Shown in pieces: positions 1 to 11,705 of a stretch of DNA of 63,058 nt (its first letter is position 1; each line of letters starts with the position of its first letter). Below the pieces are notes generated by a model. The model saw only the letters and a list, made by a program, of their open reading frames with translations, was not told the DNA's origin and ran no database searches. A program made the translations under genes and the position numbers. The stretch is from Brachymonas sp. (GTDB lineage: Bacteria; Pseudomonadota; Gammaproteobacteria; Burkholderiales; Burkholderiaceae_C): NCBI GenBank assembly GCA_017993135.1, contig JAGONG010000003.1, positions 1-63,058 of the forward strand, given 5' to 3'.

Positions 1-114
1 GCAAATACGGGGCCCGCTAGCGGCCCGCGCCCAGCTTCGTCTACGCCTGCAAGCAAGCAGGCGGGGGTGTCCCAGCACAGGCTGGTTTGTTGGCTGGTTT
101 GCTGCTTGGCTTGG

Positions 115-1296
115 TTAGCGCGAGGCGATGACTTGGCTGATGGCATTGGCAGATAGGGTGGCAGTGTCGCGGTGCAGCAGGGTGTGCAGCTCGGCAAAGC
201 GCTGTTGCAGGGCGGCGGTGCGCTCGGGGTCGTCTAGCCAGGCGCTTACGGCGTTAGCGAGCGCAGTAGGGGTGGCGGCTTCTTGCAGCAGTTCGGGTAC
301 GACAAATTCGCGGCACAAAATATTGGGCAAGCCGACCCAGGGTTGTAGTTGCTTGCTGCGCATGATGCGGGCAGAAAGCGGATGCACGGCGTAGGAGATG
401 ACCATAGGGCGCTTGAGCAAGGCGGCTTCAAGCGTGGCTGTGCCGCTGGCAATCAGGGTAACGTCGCAGGCGGCTAGTGCGGCGTGCGATTGGCCTTCCA
501 AGACGTGTATCCAGTCTGCCAAGTCAGCTTGTTGCACCATGTGCTGCAGCCGCTGGTGCTGGGCGGCAGTGGTGGGCAATATGCAGCGCAGGTTGGGGCG
601 GCTTTGGCGCACTATTTGGGCAGCTTGAATAAAACGCTCGCCAAGGTAGCTGATTTCAGAGTTGCGGCTGCCGGGCAGCAAGGCGAGCACTTCGCCCATG
701 GCAGGCAAGCCCAGTTGCTGGCGTGCGGCAATTTGGTCGGGCTGCATGGGCAATACGCTGGCTAGCGGGTGACCTACATAGGTGCTATCAATATCGTGCC
801 GCGCAAGCAACTCTGGCTCGAAGGGAAACAGGCACAGCACATGGCAGGCGCTACGGCGAATCTGGTGCACGCGGTGCGGCCGCCATGCCCAGATGGAGGG
901 GCAGACAAAATGCACGGTGGGTATGCCGTGCTGGCGCAGTTTTTCTTCCAGCCCAAAGTTAAAGTCGGGCGCATCTACGCCGATAAACACATCGGGCTTG
1001 TCAGCCAGCAGGCGCTGTTGCAAGGCATTGCGCACGCGCCATATGCCATAAACGCGGCGCAATACTTCCATGCTGTAGCCATGCACGGCGAGCAATTCAC
1101 TGGGCCAGTAGGCATCAAAGCCCAGCGCCTGCATTTTCGATCCGCCAATGCCACAGGCCTGCCACTGCGGCCAGCGTTGCCCCACGCCTTGCAGCAGCAA
1201 ACTAGCGAGCATATCGCCCGAGGCTTCGCCTGCCACCATGCCAATACGCAAAGCGTGTGCGGAGGGCTGTTGTGCAAGGTTGGTGGGCTGGGTCAT
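115..1296 (-). CDS. lpxB: Lipid-A-disaccharide synthase
   Basis: VAGEASGD, DAPDFN, LLPGSR and ASGTATLE motifs; follows lpxA. Confidence 0.97.
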   Translation of the reverse strand: MTQPTNLAQQPSAHALRIGMVAGEASGDMLASLLLQGVGQRWPQWQACGIGGSKMQALGFDAYWPSELLAVHGYSMEVLRRVYGIWRVRNALQQRLLADKPDVFIGVDAPDFNFGLEEKLRQHGIPTVHFVCPSIWAWRPHRVHQIRRSACHVLCLFPFEPELLARHDIDSTYVGHPLASVLPMQPDQIAARQQLGLPAMGEVLALLPGSRNSEISYLGERFIQAAQIVRQSRPNLRCILPTTAAQHQRLQHMVQQADLADWIHVLEGQSHAALAACDVTLIASGTATLEAALLKRPMVISYAVHPLSARIMRSKQLQPWVGLPNILCREFVVPELLQEAATPTALANAVSAWLDDPERTAALQQRFAELHTLLHRDTATLSANAISQVIASR

Positions 1297-1365
1297 GCTG
1301 TGTGTTTCAAAGGGCGTGCGCTGTATTGGCGCTGCGGCGCAAGGTGTTTTTGGGGGGTGGACTAA

Positions 1366-1413
1366 TGCAATAAGTTGTGCAACAAGTCGTGTAACAAGAC
1401 GTGCAATGTGATG
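1366..1413. repeat. Four degenerate 12-bp direct repeats
   Basis: tgcaataagttg / tgcaacaagtcg / tgtaacaagacg / tgcaatgtgatg in the lpxA-lpxB spacer. Confidence 0.6.
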
Positions 1414-1431
1414 CCGTGCTGTGCGCTATCG

Positions 1432-2220
1432 TTATCGCACAATGCCGCGCTTCGATAGCTCCAGCGCAGTGAGCATGGTTTGCACGTCGCCCTGGGCAGC
1501 AGGATGGCTTTCGGCGAGCAGGGCAATGCCTGCCATGGCTTGCTCGAGCGTTAGCCCGTCGCGGTAAAGCAGCTTGTGCATGGCTTTGATGGCAGAGATG
1601 CGCTCGGCATCAAACCCACGGCGGCGCAGGCCTTCGATATTGAAGCTGCGCGGCAGGCCCGGGTTGCCATCCACCAGCATAAAGGGCGGAATATCTTTAT
1701 TCACAACCGAGTTGGAGCCCATCATGGCGTGCGCCCCCACGCGGCAAAACTGGTGTACGCCCGATTGCCCGCCAATAATGGCCCAGTCGCCAATATGCAC
1801 ATGGCCAGCCAAACCCACATAGCTAGCCAAAATGGTTTGGCTGCCCACTTGCACGTCATGCGCAATATGCACGCTAGACATAATCCAGTTATCGTCACCA
1901 ATGCGTGTGCAGCCGCTGTCTTGCACAGTGCCAGTGTTGATGGTGCAAAACTCGCGAATCGTGTTGCGACTGCCAATTTCAAGGCGCGTAGGCTCGCCCG
2001 CGTATTTTTTATCTTGTGGCTGCCCGCCAATGGCACTGTGCGAAAAAATGCGGTTATCAGCGCCAATGGTGGTGTGCCCCTCAATGACGCAATGCGAGCC
2101 AATGCTGGTGCCTGCGCCAATTTCAACGTGCGGGCCAATGATGGTAAATGCACCAATGTTTACGTCATCTGCAAGACGGGCGGCTGAATCAACCAAGGCG
2201 CTGGGGTGAATATGGGCCAT
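1432..2220 (-). CDS. lpxA: UDP-N-acetylglucosamine O-acyltransferase
   Basis: Hexapeptide repeats, PQDKKYAGE, HIAHD, N.EGLRRRGF. Confidence 0.97.
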   Translation of the reverse strand: MAHIHPSALVDSAARLADDVNIGAFTIIGPHVEIGAGTSIGSHCVIEGHTTIGADNRIFSHSAIGGQPQDKKYAGEPTRLEIGSRNTIREFCTINTGTVQDSGCTRIGDDNWIMSSVHIAHDVQVGSQTILASYVGLAGHVHIGDWAIIGGQSGVHQFCRVGAHAMMGSNSVVNKDIPPFMLVDGNPGLPRSFNIEGLRRRGFDAERISAIKAMHKLLYRDGLTLEQAMAGIALLAESHPAAQGDVQTMLTALELSKRGIVR

Positions 2221-2225
2221 ATTGC

Positions 2226-2714
2226 CTAGTCCTCAATCTTGCGAATAGCGCACATCCACTCTGCTTGGCAGGAAAGCTCTCCATCAACCGAAGCCGTGCC
2301 GCTGAATTTATAAATGCCGCCGCGCGAGCGATCTGACACCACGTCGATAATGATTTGGTCGCCAGCAATAACGGGGCGCTTGAAGCGGGCATTATCAATC
2401 CCTGCAAAATAATAAATCGTATCGTTATCGGCATCATCATCAGTGCCAGGGAAACTCAGCAGCAGCGAAGAAGCCTGCGCCATAGCCTCAAGCAGCAGCA
2501 CACCAGGCATAACAGGGCGATGCGGAAAATGCCCAGGAAAAAAAGGCTCGTTGATAGTAACGTTCTTCAATGCGCGCAAGCGTTTGTTGGGCATTTCTAC
2601 ATCCAGCACGCGGTCAATCAACAAAAACGGGTAGCGATGCGGCAATCGCTTCATGATTTTGAAGATATCCATTTGCGAAAAATCTTTTGAATCCATATTT
2701 TTATCAATACTCAT
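2226..2714 (-). CDS. fabZ: 3-hydroxyacyl-ACP dehydratase
   Basis: [26 protein letters not shown]; ATGA overlap with lpxD stop. Confidence 0.97.
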   Translation of the reverse strand: MSIDKNMDSKDFSQMDIFKIMKRLPHRYPFLLIDRVLDVEMPNKRLRALKNVTINEPFFPGHFPHRPVMPGVLLLEAMAQASSLLLSFPGTDDDADNDTIYYFAGIDNARFKRPVIAGDQIIIDVVSDRSRGGIYKFSGTASVDGELSCQAEWMCAIRKIED

Positions 2715-3694
2715 TTTTTAACTTGCCCTTCAAGGGTTTTAATACGATTGCGTAACTGGTTTAACTGCTTCAGCGATGCGGCATTTTTCTCCCACGCGGC
2801 ATTATCATCAATCGGGAAGAAGCCCGTATAAACGCCTGGCTTGTGCAGCGAGCGCGATGCAAACGAAGTTGCAGAAATATGCACCCCTTCAGCCAGCGTA
2901 ATATGCCCCATGATATTGGCTGCACCGCCAATGGTACAACCCGCACCCACGCGGGTGCTGCCCGCAATGCCCGCACAAGCAGCCATAGCCACATTTTTAC
3001 CCAAATGCACGTTGTGCGCGATTTGAATCAGATTATCGAGCTTTACGCCGTCTTCAATCACAGTATCTTCCAAAGCGCCACGGTCGATGCAGGTATTGGC
3101 GCCAATTTCCACATCATTGCCAATCCGCACCGCGCCCAATTGCTCAATCTTTATCCACTGCCCGCGCTCATTGGCAAAGCCAAAGCCGTCCGCACCAATC
3201 ACCGCGCCCGCATGAATAATGCAACGCTCGCCCACCGTACAACCTTCGCTCACAGTAACCCGCGACTTAAGCCAAGAGCCCGCACCAATGCTGGCACCGC
3301 GCTCTACCACGCACATAGGGCCAATAATGGTCGAATCAGCCACCTGCGCTTGCGGGTGCACCGAGGCAGTGGGGTGGATGCGGTAGTCTGGCGCGGGCGC
3401 GTGGCGCTGCTTCCACCATTGGGTCAAACGGGCAAACCCCGCGTAGGGATTGGGCAGCACAATACAAGCGCCACGCTGCAAGGCAGCTTCTTGCATAGCA
3501 GGAGAAACCAGCACACATGCGGCCTGCGTGGTTTGCAACTCTGCGGCCATTGCAGGATTGCTTAAAAAGCTGATACTTTGCGCATCTGCCGATTTAAGCG
3601 GCGCAATCCGCGTAATTAGCCGTTGGCCATCACCATGCAACACCGCACCGTGTGGTTCAAGCATGGCAGCAATATCGGCCAGTTTCTCGCTCAT
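2711..3694 (-). CDS. lpxD: UDP-3-O-acylglucosamine N-acyltransferase
   Basis: [30 protein letters not shown]. Confidence 0.97.
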   Translation of the reverse strand: MSEKLADIAAMLEPHGAVLHGDGQRLITRIAPLKSADAQSISFLSNPAMAAELQTTQAACVLVSPAMQEAALQRGACIVLPNPYAGFARLTQWWKQRHAPAPDYRIHPTASVHPQAQVADSTIIGPMCVVERGASIGAGSWLKSRVTVSEGCTVGERCIIHAGAVIGADGFGFANERGQWIKIEQLGAVRIGNDVEIGANTCIDRGALEDTVIEDGVKLDNLIQIAHNVHLGKNVAMAACAGIAGSTRVGAGCTIGGAANIMGHITLAEGVHISATSFASRSLHKPGVYTGFFPIDDNAAWEKNAASLKQLNQLRNRIKTLEGQVKK

Positions 3695-3764
3695 AGGGTT
3701 ACCTTAAAAAAATAATCTATCAGGTATAAAACATTTATTTATCAGGCTGTTTTTTAAATAAAAA

Positions 3765-4577
3765 TCACTGAATCTTGGCATTAGCCTGCATCTTTTGCAG
3801 ATATTCCTGAAACTCCTGCGTTCTCTGCCCTTGCATTTGCTTCTTAATCTGCTCTTTTACAGAATCAAAAGCAGGCGCTTGCGCCGTACGCACATCATCA
3901 ACGCGAATAATATGGTAGCCAAACTCCGACTTTACAGGTTTACTCGTAGTTTCACCTTTACGCAAAGCGTTTAATGCCGCAGCAAATTCAGGCACATAAG
4001 AATTGGCAGCCGCCCAATCCAAATCACCCCCGCGTTTTGCTGAACCTGGGTCTTGCGAATGTGTTTTGGCCAAGGCTTCAAAAGATGCACCTTTTTTCAA
4101 ATCAGCCAAAATTTTCTGCGCCTGTGCCTCTGTTTTAACCAGAATATGACGCGCTTTGAATTCTTTGGCATTTGAATTTGAATGTGCTGCTACAACGCGG
4201 TCGTACTCAGCTTTGGCACTGGCATCGCTAACGGGATTTTCCTTTAAGTATTGCTTGTAAAACAGCTCCGTTAAAACACTTTCTCTCGCTTGCATCATGC
4301 GCTCTTCATACTCAGGCGTGAGGTGCAGCTTTTTCTGCTCCGCCGCCTGCACCCGCACTGTGCCCTCAATCAAACGCTGCTTGATAAGCTGCTCGACATT
4401 GGGTGGCAAAGGACGTGCATTTTCGGCTGATTCTTCTTTGAGCATTTGCATCAAAAAGTTGTATCTGGCTTTTGGAATGCTTTTGCCATTCACAACCGCA
4501 ATATTTTGAGCCAAAGCTGGCGCGCAGGCAGCCGCCACAACCAAGGATGAAAATAAAATTCTAACTTGCTTTTTCAT
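3765..4577 (-). CDS. Exported parvulin (PpiC-type) peptidyl-prolyl isomerase
   Basis: Signal peptide from ATG 4577; ARHILV, GGDLDW and FGYHII rotamase motifs; upstream ORF extension overlaps yciB and is unlikely to be real. Confidence 0.9.
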   Translation of the reverse strand: MKKQVRILFSSLVVAAACAPALAQNIAVVNGKSIPKARYNFLMQMLKEESAENARPLPPNVEQLIKQRLIEGTVRVQAAEQKKLHLTPEYEERMMQARESVLTELFYKQYLKENPVSDASAKAEYDRVVAAHSNSNAKEFKARHILVKTEAQAQKILADLKKGASFEALAKTHSQDPGSAKRGGDLDWAAANSYVPEFAAALNALRKGETTSKPVKSEFGYHIIRVDDVRTAQAPAFDSVKEQIKKQMQGQRTQEFQEYLQKMQANAKIQ

Positions 4578-4632
4578 GGTGATAGTAAAATTAAAAACGT
4601 TAAGCAACAAGCAAAATCCATGTTGATAATAA

Positions 4633-5169
4633 TCAAGCTGAATCTTTAGGAAGGTATTTTGTAATATAAAAAGCCTGCGCAATAGCAAAGATGAAAAATG
4701 CGCCAATGCTAGCCACTTTAAATATAGTCCAGGCAGCCATATCAAAATAAAATATCATGCCAGTATTAACCAAAGCCATCAGCCAGAAAAACAAAATCCA
4801 TGAAACGCACAAAACCTGCCAAGCAGATTCTGGTAGCTGAATTTGCACTTGCAGCATGGTTTTAATCAGGTTTCTTTTAAAGCCAAATAGCGCAACAGCC
4901 AAAACCAAGCCAAAGCCGCCATGCAAAATGGTAAATTTCCATTGGAGAAAGCGCGGGTCACGATACACCAGCGTCAAAGTACCAAAAAGCAAAATCAGCG
5001 CCAAAGTTGCCTTGTGCATGGCAGGCAATTTTTTTTCAATCACATACAGCGCCAGCATCTGCACAACGGTAGCGCCCATAAGCACTGCCGTTGCAGGATA
5101 AAGACCGCCAAACTTGAAATAAGTAATGGCAAATAGAACAATAGGAAGGAAGTCAAGCAGTTGTTTCAT
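4633..5169 (-). CDS. yciB: Inner-membrane septation protein A (YciB/IspZ)
   Basis: MKQLLDFLP..LF, FGTLTL, F.QWK.T; about five TM segments; start ATG 5169. Confidence 0.9.
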   Translation of the reverse strand: MKQLLDFLPIVLFAITYFKFGGLYPATAVLMGATVVQMLALYVIEKKLPAMHKATLALILLFGTLTLVYRDPRFLQWKFTILHGGFGLVLAVALFGFKRNLIKTMLQVQIQLPESAWQVLCVSWILFFWLMALVNTGMIFYFDMAAWTIFKVASIGAFFIFAIAQAFYITKYLPKDSA

Positions 5170-5433
5170 GCGGCAGTTGGCGTAAAGGAATAGGCAATTA
5201 TCGGTGCATGTGGCAAAGTTTGCTCCACCAAAAGAAAAAAGCAGGCACAAAGCAAAAAGAAGCGAAAAGCAATAGCGCAAACGCAGCCAACAAGGAAACG
5301 CATTGTGCATTGCATTGCGGAGCACATCGAGCAACAGTTGGCAGTGTACCGCCCAGCGTTTGCAATAAGCGCATCTGCATGGCGAATCTGCGCATAAAAC
5401 TGCAAGCTGTCTACCAATTGAAAGCTGCAAGCA

Positions 5434-5442
5434 TGCTACAAT
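5434..5442 (+). promoter_or_regulatory. Extended -10 promoter element of rpsB operon
   Basis: TGcTACAAT about 125 bp upstream of rpsB, just ahead of the leader hairpin. Confidence 0.55.
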
Positions 5443-5491
5443 CGCACGGTTTTGCTGTTGGCTACTAGCTGGCAGAAAAAACGTTCTTAAA

Positions 5492-5560
5492 TCGCAAATC
5501 CGCCTTTTCCAGGTGTTGTCACCAGACAAACTGGGCGGATTTTAGACCTAACCTTTGGAG
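5492..5560 (+). ncRNA. rpsB 5' leader (t44/S2 autoregulatory RNA-like)
   Basis: Stem aaatccgcc (5496-5504) / ggcggattt (5534-5542) enclosing GGTGT; directly upstream of the rpsB RBS. Confidence 0.6.
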
Positions 5561-5565
5561 AAATC

Positions 5566-6318
5566 ATGTCTACTACCATGCGCGAAATGCTGGAAGCAGG
5601 TGTCCACTTTGGTCACCAAACCCGTTTCTGGGACCCAAAAATGGCACCCTATATTTTTGGCTCCCGCAACAAAATCCACATCATCAACCTTGAGCAAACG
5701 CTGCCGATGTTTGAATCGGCCATGAAGTTTGCCCGCCAATTGGCTGCTAACCGTGGCACCATTTTGATGGTCGGCACCAAACGCGCTTCACGCGATATCG
5801 TGGCAGAAGAAGCACGCCGCGCAGGTGTGCCTTTTGTTAATCAGCGTTGGTTGGGCGGTATGCTGACCAACTTCAAAACAGTCAAAACTTCGCTCAAGCG
5901 CCTCAAAGAAATGCAAGCACAGCAAGAAGCTGGCTTGGATGCCATGAGCAAAAAAGAGCAACTGATGTTTGCCCGTGAAATTGAAAAGCTCGAAAAAGAC
6001 ATTGGTGGCATTCAAGATATGACTGCTTTGCCTGATGCCATTTTCATTATCGACGTGGGTTACCATAAAATCGCAGTCGCTGAAGCCAAGAAACTGGGTA
6101 TTCCATTGATTGGCGTGGTTGATACCAACCATAACCCCGATGCGATTGATTACGTCATTCCTGGCAATGATGACTCGGCCAAGGCGGTTGCGCTGTATGC
6201 ACGCGGTATTGCAGACGCTATTCTTGAAGGCCGTGCTAACGCCATCAACGAAGTAGTTCAAGCCGTATCTGCCGAAGGCAGCGACGAATTTGTAGACGCA
6301 GAAGAAGCCAGCGCCTAA
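5566..6318 (+). CDS. rpsB: 30S ribosomal protein S2
   Basis: [34 protein letters not shown]. Confidence 0.99.
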   Translation: MSTTMREMLEAGVHFGHQTRFWDPKMAPYIFGSRNKIHIINLEQTLPMFESAMKFARQLAANRGTILMVGTKRASRDIVAEEARRAGVPFVNQRWLGGMLTNFKTVKTSLKRLKEMQAQQEAGLDAMSKKEQLMFAREIEKLEKDIGGIQDMTALPDAIFIIDVGYHKIAVAEAKKLGIPLIGVVDTNHNPDAIDYVIPGNDDSAKAVALYARGIADAILEGRANAINEVVQAVSAEGSDEFVDAEEASA

Positions 6319-6364
6319 TGCGGTAATGCGCCTTGTATTTGCCCGCAAGGTATCTATGAATGGG

Positions 6365-6390
6365 AAAAGGGGCTTTAAAGCCCCTTTTTC
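6365..6390 (+). terminator. Intercistronic terminator/attenuator between rpsB and tsf
   Basis: Perfect palindrome aaaaggggcttt/aaagcccctttt with T tail. Confidence 0.65.
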
Positions 6391-6429
6391 TTGACTTTTA
6401 TATAAAGTATTAAACAACGGAGAGAGAAA

Positions 6430-7323
6430 ATGACAGCAATTACAGCAAGCATGGTGGCAGATTTGCGCGCCAAAACCGATGCGCCCATGATGGAGTGCAA
6501 AAAAGCCCTGACCGAAGCACAAGGCGATATGGCTAAAGCAGAAGAAATTTTGCGCGTAAAGCTGGGCAGCAAAGCTGGTAAAGCAGCAGCCCGCGTTACA
6601 GCTGAAGGTGCAGTGTCTAGCTTTATTGCAGGCAATGCAGGCGCAATGATCGAAGTCAATTGCGAAACCGACTTTGTAACCAAAAACGAAAGTTTCCTGT
6701 CAATGGTGCGTGCTGCGGCCGAGCTGGTGGCAAAAAACAACCCTGCCGACGTTGCTGCACTGGGCGCTTTGCCTTACGAGCAAGATGGTTTTGGCCCTAC
6801 GCTGGAAGAAGTGCGCAAGGGTTTGATTGGCAAAATTGGCGAAAACATGAGCTTCCGCCGCTTCCAGTATTTCAGCAACAGCAAGTTGCAGACTTATCTG
6901 CACGGCACACGCATTGGCGTAATGGTTGAGTTTGAAGGTTGCGAAGTTGCAGCCAAAGATGTAGCCATGCACATTGCTGCCATGAAGCCTGTAGCGCTTT
7001 CCAGCAACGATGTTCCAGCCGAACTGATTGAAAAAGAGCGTTCTGTCGCCGCCGCCAAAGCTGCCGAGTCGGGTAAGCCTGCTGACATTACAGCCAAAAT
7101 GGTAGAAGGCTCGGTGCAAAAGTACCTCAAAGAAGTTTCTCTGCTCAATCAGGTTTTTGTTAAAGCCGCTGACGGCAAGCAAACTGTTGAACAAATGCTC
7201 AAGGAAAAAAACACCTCCATCAAATCTTTCACCCTCTATGTAGTGGGCGAAGGCATTGAGAAGAAGGTAGATGACTTCGCTGCTGAAGTAGCTGCCCAAG
7301 TTGCTGCTGCCAAACAAGGCTAA
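6430..7323 (+). CDS. tsf: Elongation factor Ts
   Basis: [23 protein letters not shown]. Confidence 0.99.
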   Translation: MTAITASMVADLRAKTDAPMMECKKALTEAQGDMAKAEEILRVKLGSKAGKAAARVTAEGAVSSFIAGNAGAMIEVNCETDFVTKNESFLSMVRAAAELVAKNNPADVAALGALPYEQDGFGPTLEEVRKGLIGKIGENMSFRRFQYFSNSKLQTYLHGTRIGVMVEFEGCEVAAKDVAMHIAAMKPVALSSNDVPAELIEKERSVAAAKAAESGKPADITAKMVEGSVQKYLKEVSLLNQVFVKAADGKQTVEQMLKEKNTSIKSFTLYVVGEGIEKKVDDFAAEVAAQVAAAKQG

Positions 7324-7359
7324 TCAAGGCTAATTACCCTTCTACAAACAGGAATTTAT

Positions 7360-8082
7360 ATGACTGCTGAAAATCCCGCTGTACACCGCGTGCTCCTGAA
7401 ACTTTCGGGAGAAGCCTTGATGGGTGATGATGCTTTTGGCATCAATCGCGACACCATCGTGCGCATGGCCCAAGAGGTGGCCGAGGTAACCCGTTTGGGG
7501 GTGCAGGTGGCAGTGGTGATTGGCGGTGGTAATATTTTCCGCGGCGTGGCAGGCGGCTCGGTGGGCATGGACCGTGCAACGGCCGACTATATGGGAATGC
7601 TGGCAACGGTGATGAATGCACTGGCGCTGGCAGATACCATGAACAATGTTGGGCTTACAGCACGGGTAATGTCTGCCATTTCGATTGAGCAAGTGGTTGA
7701 GCCTTATGTTCGCCCCAAAGCTTTGCAGTATATGGAAGAAGGCAAAGTGGTGATTTTTGCCGCTGGCACAGGTAATCCATTTTTTACAACCGATACGGCA
7801 GCAGCTTTGCGCGGTGCTGAAATTGGTGCTGAAATGGTATTGAAAGCCACCAAGGTCGATGGCGTTTATAGCGCAGACCCCAAAAAAGACCCTACTGCAA
7901 CCCGCTACGACAAAATCACTTTCGACGAAGCCATGGCGCGTAATCTCGGCATCATGGATGCCACAGCGTTTGCGCTATGTCGCGATCAAAAGCTGCCTAT
8001 CAAGGTGTTTTCTATCGTTAAGCCTGGTGCGCTCAAGCGTGCTGTACTGGGGCAGGATGAAGGAACGCTGGTTTCTGTTTGA
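7360..8082 (+). CDS. pyrH: UMP kinase
   Basis: [25 protein letters not shown]. Confidence 0.99.
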   Translation: MTAENPAVHRVLLKLSGEALMGDDAFGINRDTIVRMAQEVAEVTRLGVQVAVVIGGGNIFRGVAGGSVGMDRATADYMGMLATVMNALALADTMNNVGLTARVMSAISIEQVVEPYVRPKALQYMEEGKVVIFAAGTGNPFFTTDTAAALRGAEIGAEMVLKATKVDGVYSADPKKDPTATRYDKITFDEAMARNLGIMDATAFALCRDQKLPIKVFSIVKPGALKRAVLGQDEGTLVSV

Positions 8083-8152
8083 GCCGTTAAGTGCGGGCAC
8101 AAGCTAGTTAGGTGCCAATACCACTTGTTGCGTAGATATTTGGGAGAAAATC

Positions 8153-8713
8153 ATGTCGGTTGCTGACATTCAAAAAAACATGCAAGGCAAAATGGAGCAA
8201 TCCATCACCGCTTTGAAAAACAATCTTGTCAAAATTCGCACGGGTCGTGCCAATCCAGCCTTGCTTGATTCGGTGCATGTGGAGTATTACGGCTCTATGG
8301 TGCCTTTATCGCAAGTGGCTAACGTATCTACACTCGATGCACGCACTTTGAGCGTACAGCCTTGGGAAAAAGGGCTTGGGCCAAAGGTTGAAAAAGCCAT
8401 TCGTGACAGCGACTTGGGCTTGAATCCTTCGTCTATGGGTGAGCTCATTCGCGTTCCTATGCCTGCCATGACCGAAGAGCGCCGCAAAGACTTGACCAAG
8501 GTCGTGCGCCAAGAAGGCGAAGCTGCCAAAATCGCCATTCGCAATGTGCGCCGCGATGCCAACGAGGCAGTAAAAAAGCTGGTTAAAGACAAAGAGATTT
8601 CTGAAGACGACCAAAAGCGGTCTGAGGCAGAAGTGCAAAAAATTACCGACAAAGAAATTCTTGCCATAGACCAGTTGGTGCAAGAAAAAGAACAAGACCT
8701 CATGGCGGTATAA
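8153..8713 (+). CDS. frr: Ribosome recycling factor
   Basis: [25 protein letters not shown]. Confidence 0.99.
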   Translation: MSVADIQKNMQGKMEQSITALKNNLVKIRTGRANPALLDSVHVEYYGSMVPLSQVANVSTLDARTLSVQPWEKGLGPKVEKAIRDSDLGLNPSSMGELIRVPMPAMTEERRKDLTKVVRQEGEAAKIAIRNVRRDANEAVKKLVKDKEISEDDQKRSEAEVQKITDKEILAIDQLVQEKEQDLMAV

Positions 8714-8840
8714 CGCCAGTTGCAGGCATGCAAAAATGCCTACGCTGGACGAACGCCCATCAGCGAAGAGAGCCAGACTGGGAGAATTTAACCCATGGGT
8801 TATGTTTTTGTAACCAGACGCTTTTCTGGAACTTTCTTTT

Positions 8841-9572
8841 ATGCCCTCATCTGATTCTTTAGCTGTGCCGCAGCATATTGCCATTGTGATGGACGGCAAT
8901 GGGCGCTGGGCTAACAAGCGTTATATGCCCCGTTTGCTCGGGCACAGGCAGGGCGTAAGTGCGCTCAAGCGTTGTGTACGCGCTTGCGCCGAGCGCGGTG
9001 TGGGCGCGTTGTCTGTTTTTGCTTTCTCATCCGAAAACTGGAATCGGCCTGCCGATGAAGTTTCTGGGCTGCTTGATTTGTTGATGCTGGTGGTGAGCAA
9101 AGAAGTGCCGCAACTCCATGCGCAAGGGGTGCAGGTGCATTTTGTGGGCGATTGCAGCGGTTTGTCCGAGAAAATGCGCAACGCTTTACTGGCTGCCGAG
9201 CAGCTTACGCAAGCCAATAGCAAGCTGGTGCTTAACGTTTGCTTCAATTACGGTGGCCGTTGGGATATTGCGCAAGCAGCGGCTGCTTTGGCGCAGCAAG
9301 GCAAGCCTATTACCGAAAGCAGTTTGAATGCTGCTATGGCCTTGAGCCATGTGCCAGACCCTGATTTATTGATTCGTACGGGTGGCGAACAGCGCATTAG
9401 CAATTTTTTGCTATGGCAAAGCGCCTACACCGAGCTGTACTTTACCGATACCCTGTGGCCCGATTTTGACGAGGCTTCACTGGACGCTGCTTTGCTTGAC
9501 TACGCTGGCCGCGAGCGCCGCTTTGGCAAAACATCGGCACAACTACAAAATAAGGATAAAGCGCCATGTTAA
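8841..9572 (+). CDS. uppS: Undecaprenyl diphosphate synthase
   Basis: HIAIVMDGNGRWA, FSSENW.RP, DLLIRTGGE.RISNFLLWQ. Confidence 0.97.
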   Translation: MPSSDSLAVPQHIAIVMDGNGRWANKRYMPRLLGHRQGVSALKRCVRACAERGVGALSVFAFSSENWNRPADEVSGLLDLLMLVVSKEVPQLHAQGVQVHFVGDCSGLSEKMRNALLAAEQLTQANSKLVLNVCFNYGGRWDIAQAAAALAQQGKPITESSLNAAMALSHVPDPDLLIRTGGEQRISNFLLWQSAYTELYFTDTLWPDFDEASLDAALLDYAGRERRFGKTSAQLQNKDKAPC

Positions 9573-10405
9573 AGCAACGGGTTATTACGGCAATTGTGCT
9601 GCTGCTGGTTTTGGCTGGCGTTTTGGCGTGCCCCTTGCCTTGGGCTTTTGGTGCTTTGATGACGCTATTTATGGCTGCTGCCGCTTGGGAGTGGGCGCGT
9701 TTGAGTGGCTACCAGATGGCGGCATCTCTGGGCTTTGCCACCGTGGCCATGTTGGGCTGCGCGGCAATGTTAGCGGCGCAATGGCATCTTTGTGCGGGGC
9801 TTGCATTGCGCTATGCCATGTCAGCTTGGGCTGCTTTGTGGTTGCTGGCTGCTGTGTGTTTGTTGCGCAGTGGCGTAGCGGCTTGGCCGCGCATACCGCG
9901 CGGGCTGCGTATGACTGCTGGGCTTGTGAGTTTATGGGCTGCATGGCTGGCGGTGACGCATTTGCACGCAATACAAGGCGCGTGGTATTTGCTGTCGGTG
10001 CTGGCACTGGTATGGGTAGCCGATATTGGTGCTTATTTTGCTGGCCGCGCTTTTGGCAAGCGCAAACTGGCTCCAACGATTAGCCCTGGCAAAAGCTGGG
10101 CGGGGGCTGTGGGCGGCGCTATCGGGGTGGTGGTGTTGGCTGTTGCAGGTGCGATTCTGTTGCAAGGCACGCCCAATTTGTATGCCGATGTGCTGCAACG
10201 CGGCGGCTGGCTGGCTTTGGTGCTGCTGGCTTTGGGCATTGATGTGTTAAGCGTATTGGGTGACTTGCTGGAGTCGCTCATGAAGCGCGGCATGGGTGTG
10301 AAAGACAGTAGCCGCCTGTTGCCTGGCCACGGCGGTGTGCTCGACCGCATTGATTCACTGCTGCCCGTGTTGCCGTTTACGTTGGCTGCTGTGCTATGGT
10401 TATAG
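9566..10405 (+). CDS. cdsA: Phosphatidate cytidylyltransferase
   Basis: ISPGKSW, GDLLES..KR..GVKDS..LLPGHGG.LDRIDS. Confidence 0.96.
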   Translation: MLKQRVITAIVLLLVLAGVLACPLPWAFGALMTLFMAAAAWEWARLSGYQMAASLGFATVAMLGCAAMLAAQWHLCAGLALRYAMSAWAALWLLAAVCLLRSGVAAWPRIPRGLRMTAGLVSLWAAWLAVTHLHAIQGAWYLLSVLALVWVADIGAYFAGRAFGKRKLAPTISPGKSWAGAVGGAIGVVVLAVAGAILLQGTPNLYADVLQRGGWLALVLLALGIDVLSVLGDLLESLMKRGMGVKDSSRLLPGHGGVLDRIDSLLPVLPFTLAAVLWL

Positions 10406-10481
10406 CCTGTTGCAGAACAGTTGCCAAACAACGTTTGGTGCTGCTGCACTGTTTTTTGCAGCTTGAAAAAATAACAACGCA

Positions 10482-11705
10482 ATGACCGAACAAGTTCTTC
10501 ATGCCACTGGCAAAAAACAGTGGATTAGTGTGCTGGGTGCTACAGGCTCTATTGGCGGCAATACGCTGGATGTGTTGGCGCGTCACCCCCAGCGTTTTGG
10601 CTTGTTTGCCATCAGTGCTGCAACCCAAACCAGCAAAATGCTGGCCTTGTGCCAGCGCCACGCGCCGCGCTATGCGGTGATGGCTTCAGAGTCACATGCC
10701 CGTGATTTGCGCCAGCAATGCCAAGAGCTAGGGCTGCAAACCGAGGTGCTAGCTGGTGAAGCAGGGTTGGTGCAAATTGCTTCCGATTCACAGGTTGATG
10801 CGGTAATGGCGGCTATTGTGGGCGCTGCGGGGTTAGCGCCTTGCTTGGCAGCAGCGCGTGCAGGTAAACGCCTGCTGCTGGCCAACAAAGAAGCGTTGGT
10901 GATGGGCGGGCAGGTGTTTTTACAGGCTGTGCGCGATGGTGGTGCTACTTTGCTGCCGATTGATAGCGAGCATTCAGCCATTTTTCAGGCGCTACCCGAT
11001 GACGCAAGCACTTGGCAAAGCAGGGTTGAGAAGATTATTCTGACTGCCTCTGGCGGACCGTTTCGCACCACAGACCCGCAAACCTTGCGTAACGTCACGC
11101 CAGAGCAGGCGTGCGCCCATCCCAATTGGAGTATGGGGCAAAAAATCTCGGTTGATTCAGCCACCATGATGAATAAGGCGCTGGAGGTGATAGAAGCGCA
11201 TTATTTGTTTGGCATGTCGGCGCAGCAAATGGACGTGGTAATTCATCCGCAAAGCATTGTGCACTCGATGGTGCAATACCGCGACAGCTCTATCGTGGCG
11301 CAAATGGGCACGCCCGATATGCGCGTACCTATTGCTTATGGGCTATCGTGGCCAGAGCGCATTGCCAGCGGCGCAGCAGCACTGGATTTTGCCAATATGG
11401 GTAGCATGACTTTCGAGTCGGTGCAGCACCACGGGCACCCCGAGCGGTTTCCCTGCATGGCTTTGGTATGGCAGGTTTTGGCTGCACCAGCGGGAACAAC
11501 GGTGGTGTTTAATGCCGCCAATGAAGTAGCGGTAAATGCCTTTTTGAAGCGCCAAATCCGTTTCGACCAAATTTACCAAATCAATGCACAAACACTGCAA
11601 CACACACAATTTACATCACCAAAAACACTGGAGGACTTGATGGAGCTTGACGCGCTGGCACGGTCGCAGGCACAAAGCCTGTTGCAAAGGTTGCAGATAT
11701 GCTGA
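10482..11705 (+). CDS. dxr: 1-deoxy-D-xylulose-5-phosphate reductoisomerase
   Basis: LGATGSIG, LANKEAL, PIDSEH, SATMMNKALE. Confidence 0.98.
   Translation: MTEQVLHATGKKQWISVLGATGSIGGNTLDVLARHPQRFGLFAISAATQTSKMLALCQRHAPRYAVMASESHARDLRQQCQELGLQTEVLAGEAGLVQIASDSQVDAVMAAIVGAAGLAPCLAAARAGKRLLLANKEALVMGGQVFLQAVRDGGATLLPIDSEHSAIFQALPDDASTWQSRVEKIILTASGGPFRTTDPQTLRNVTPEQACAHPNWSMGQKISVDSATMMNKALEVIEAHYLFGMSAQQMDVVIHPQSIVHSMVQYRDSSIVAQMGTPDMRVPIAYGLSWPERIASGAAALDFANMGSMTFESVQHHGHPERFPCMALVWQVLAAPAGTTVVFNAANEVAVNAFLKRQIRFDQIYQINAQTLQHTQFTSPKTLEDLMELDALARSQAQSLLQRLQIC

Noticed and set aside
1366-1413. Short repeat arrays as CRISPR or iterons (also 17351 and 22781)
   Set aside because: Units are too short, have no unique spacers, and no cas or rep gene is present
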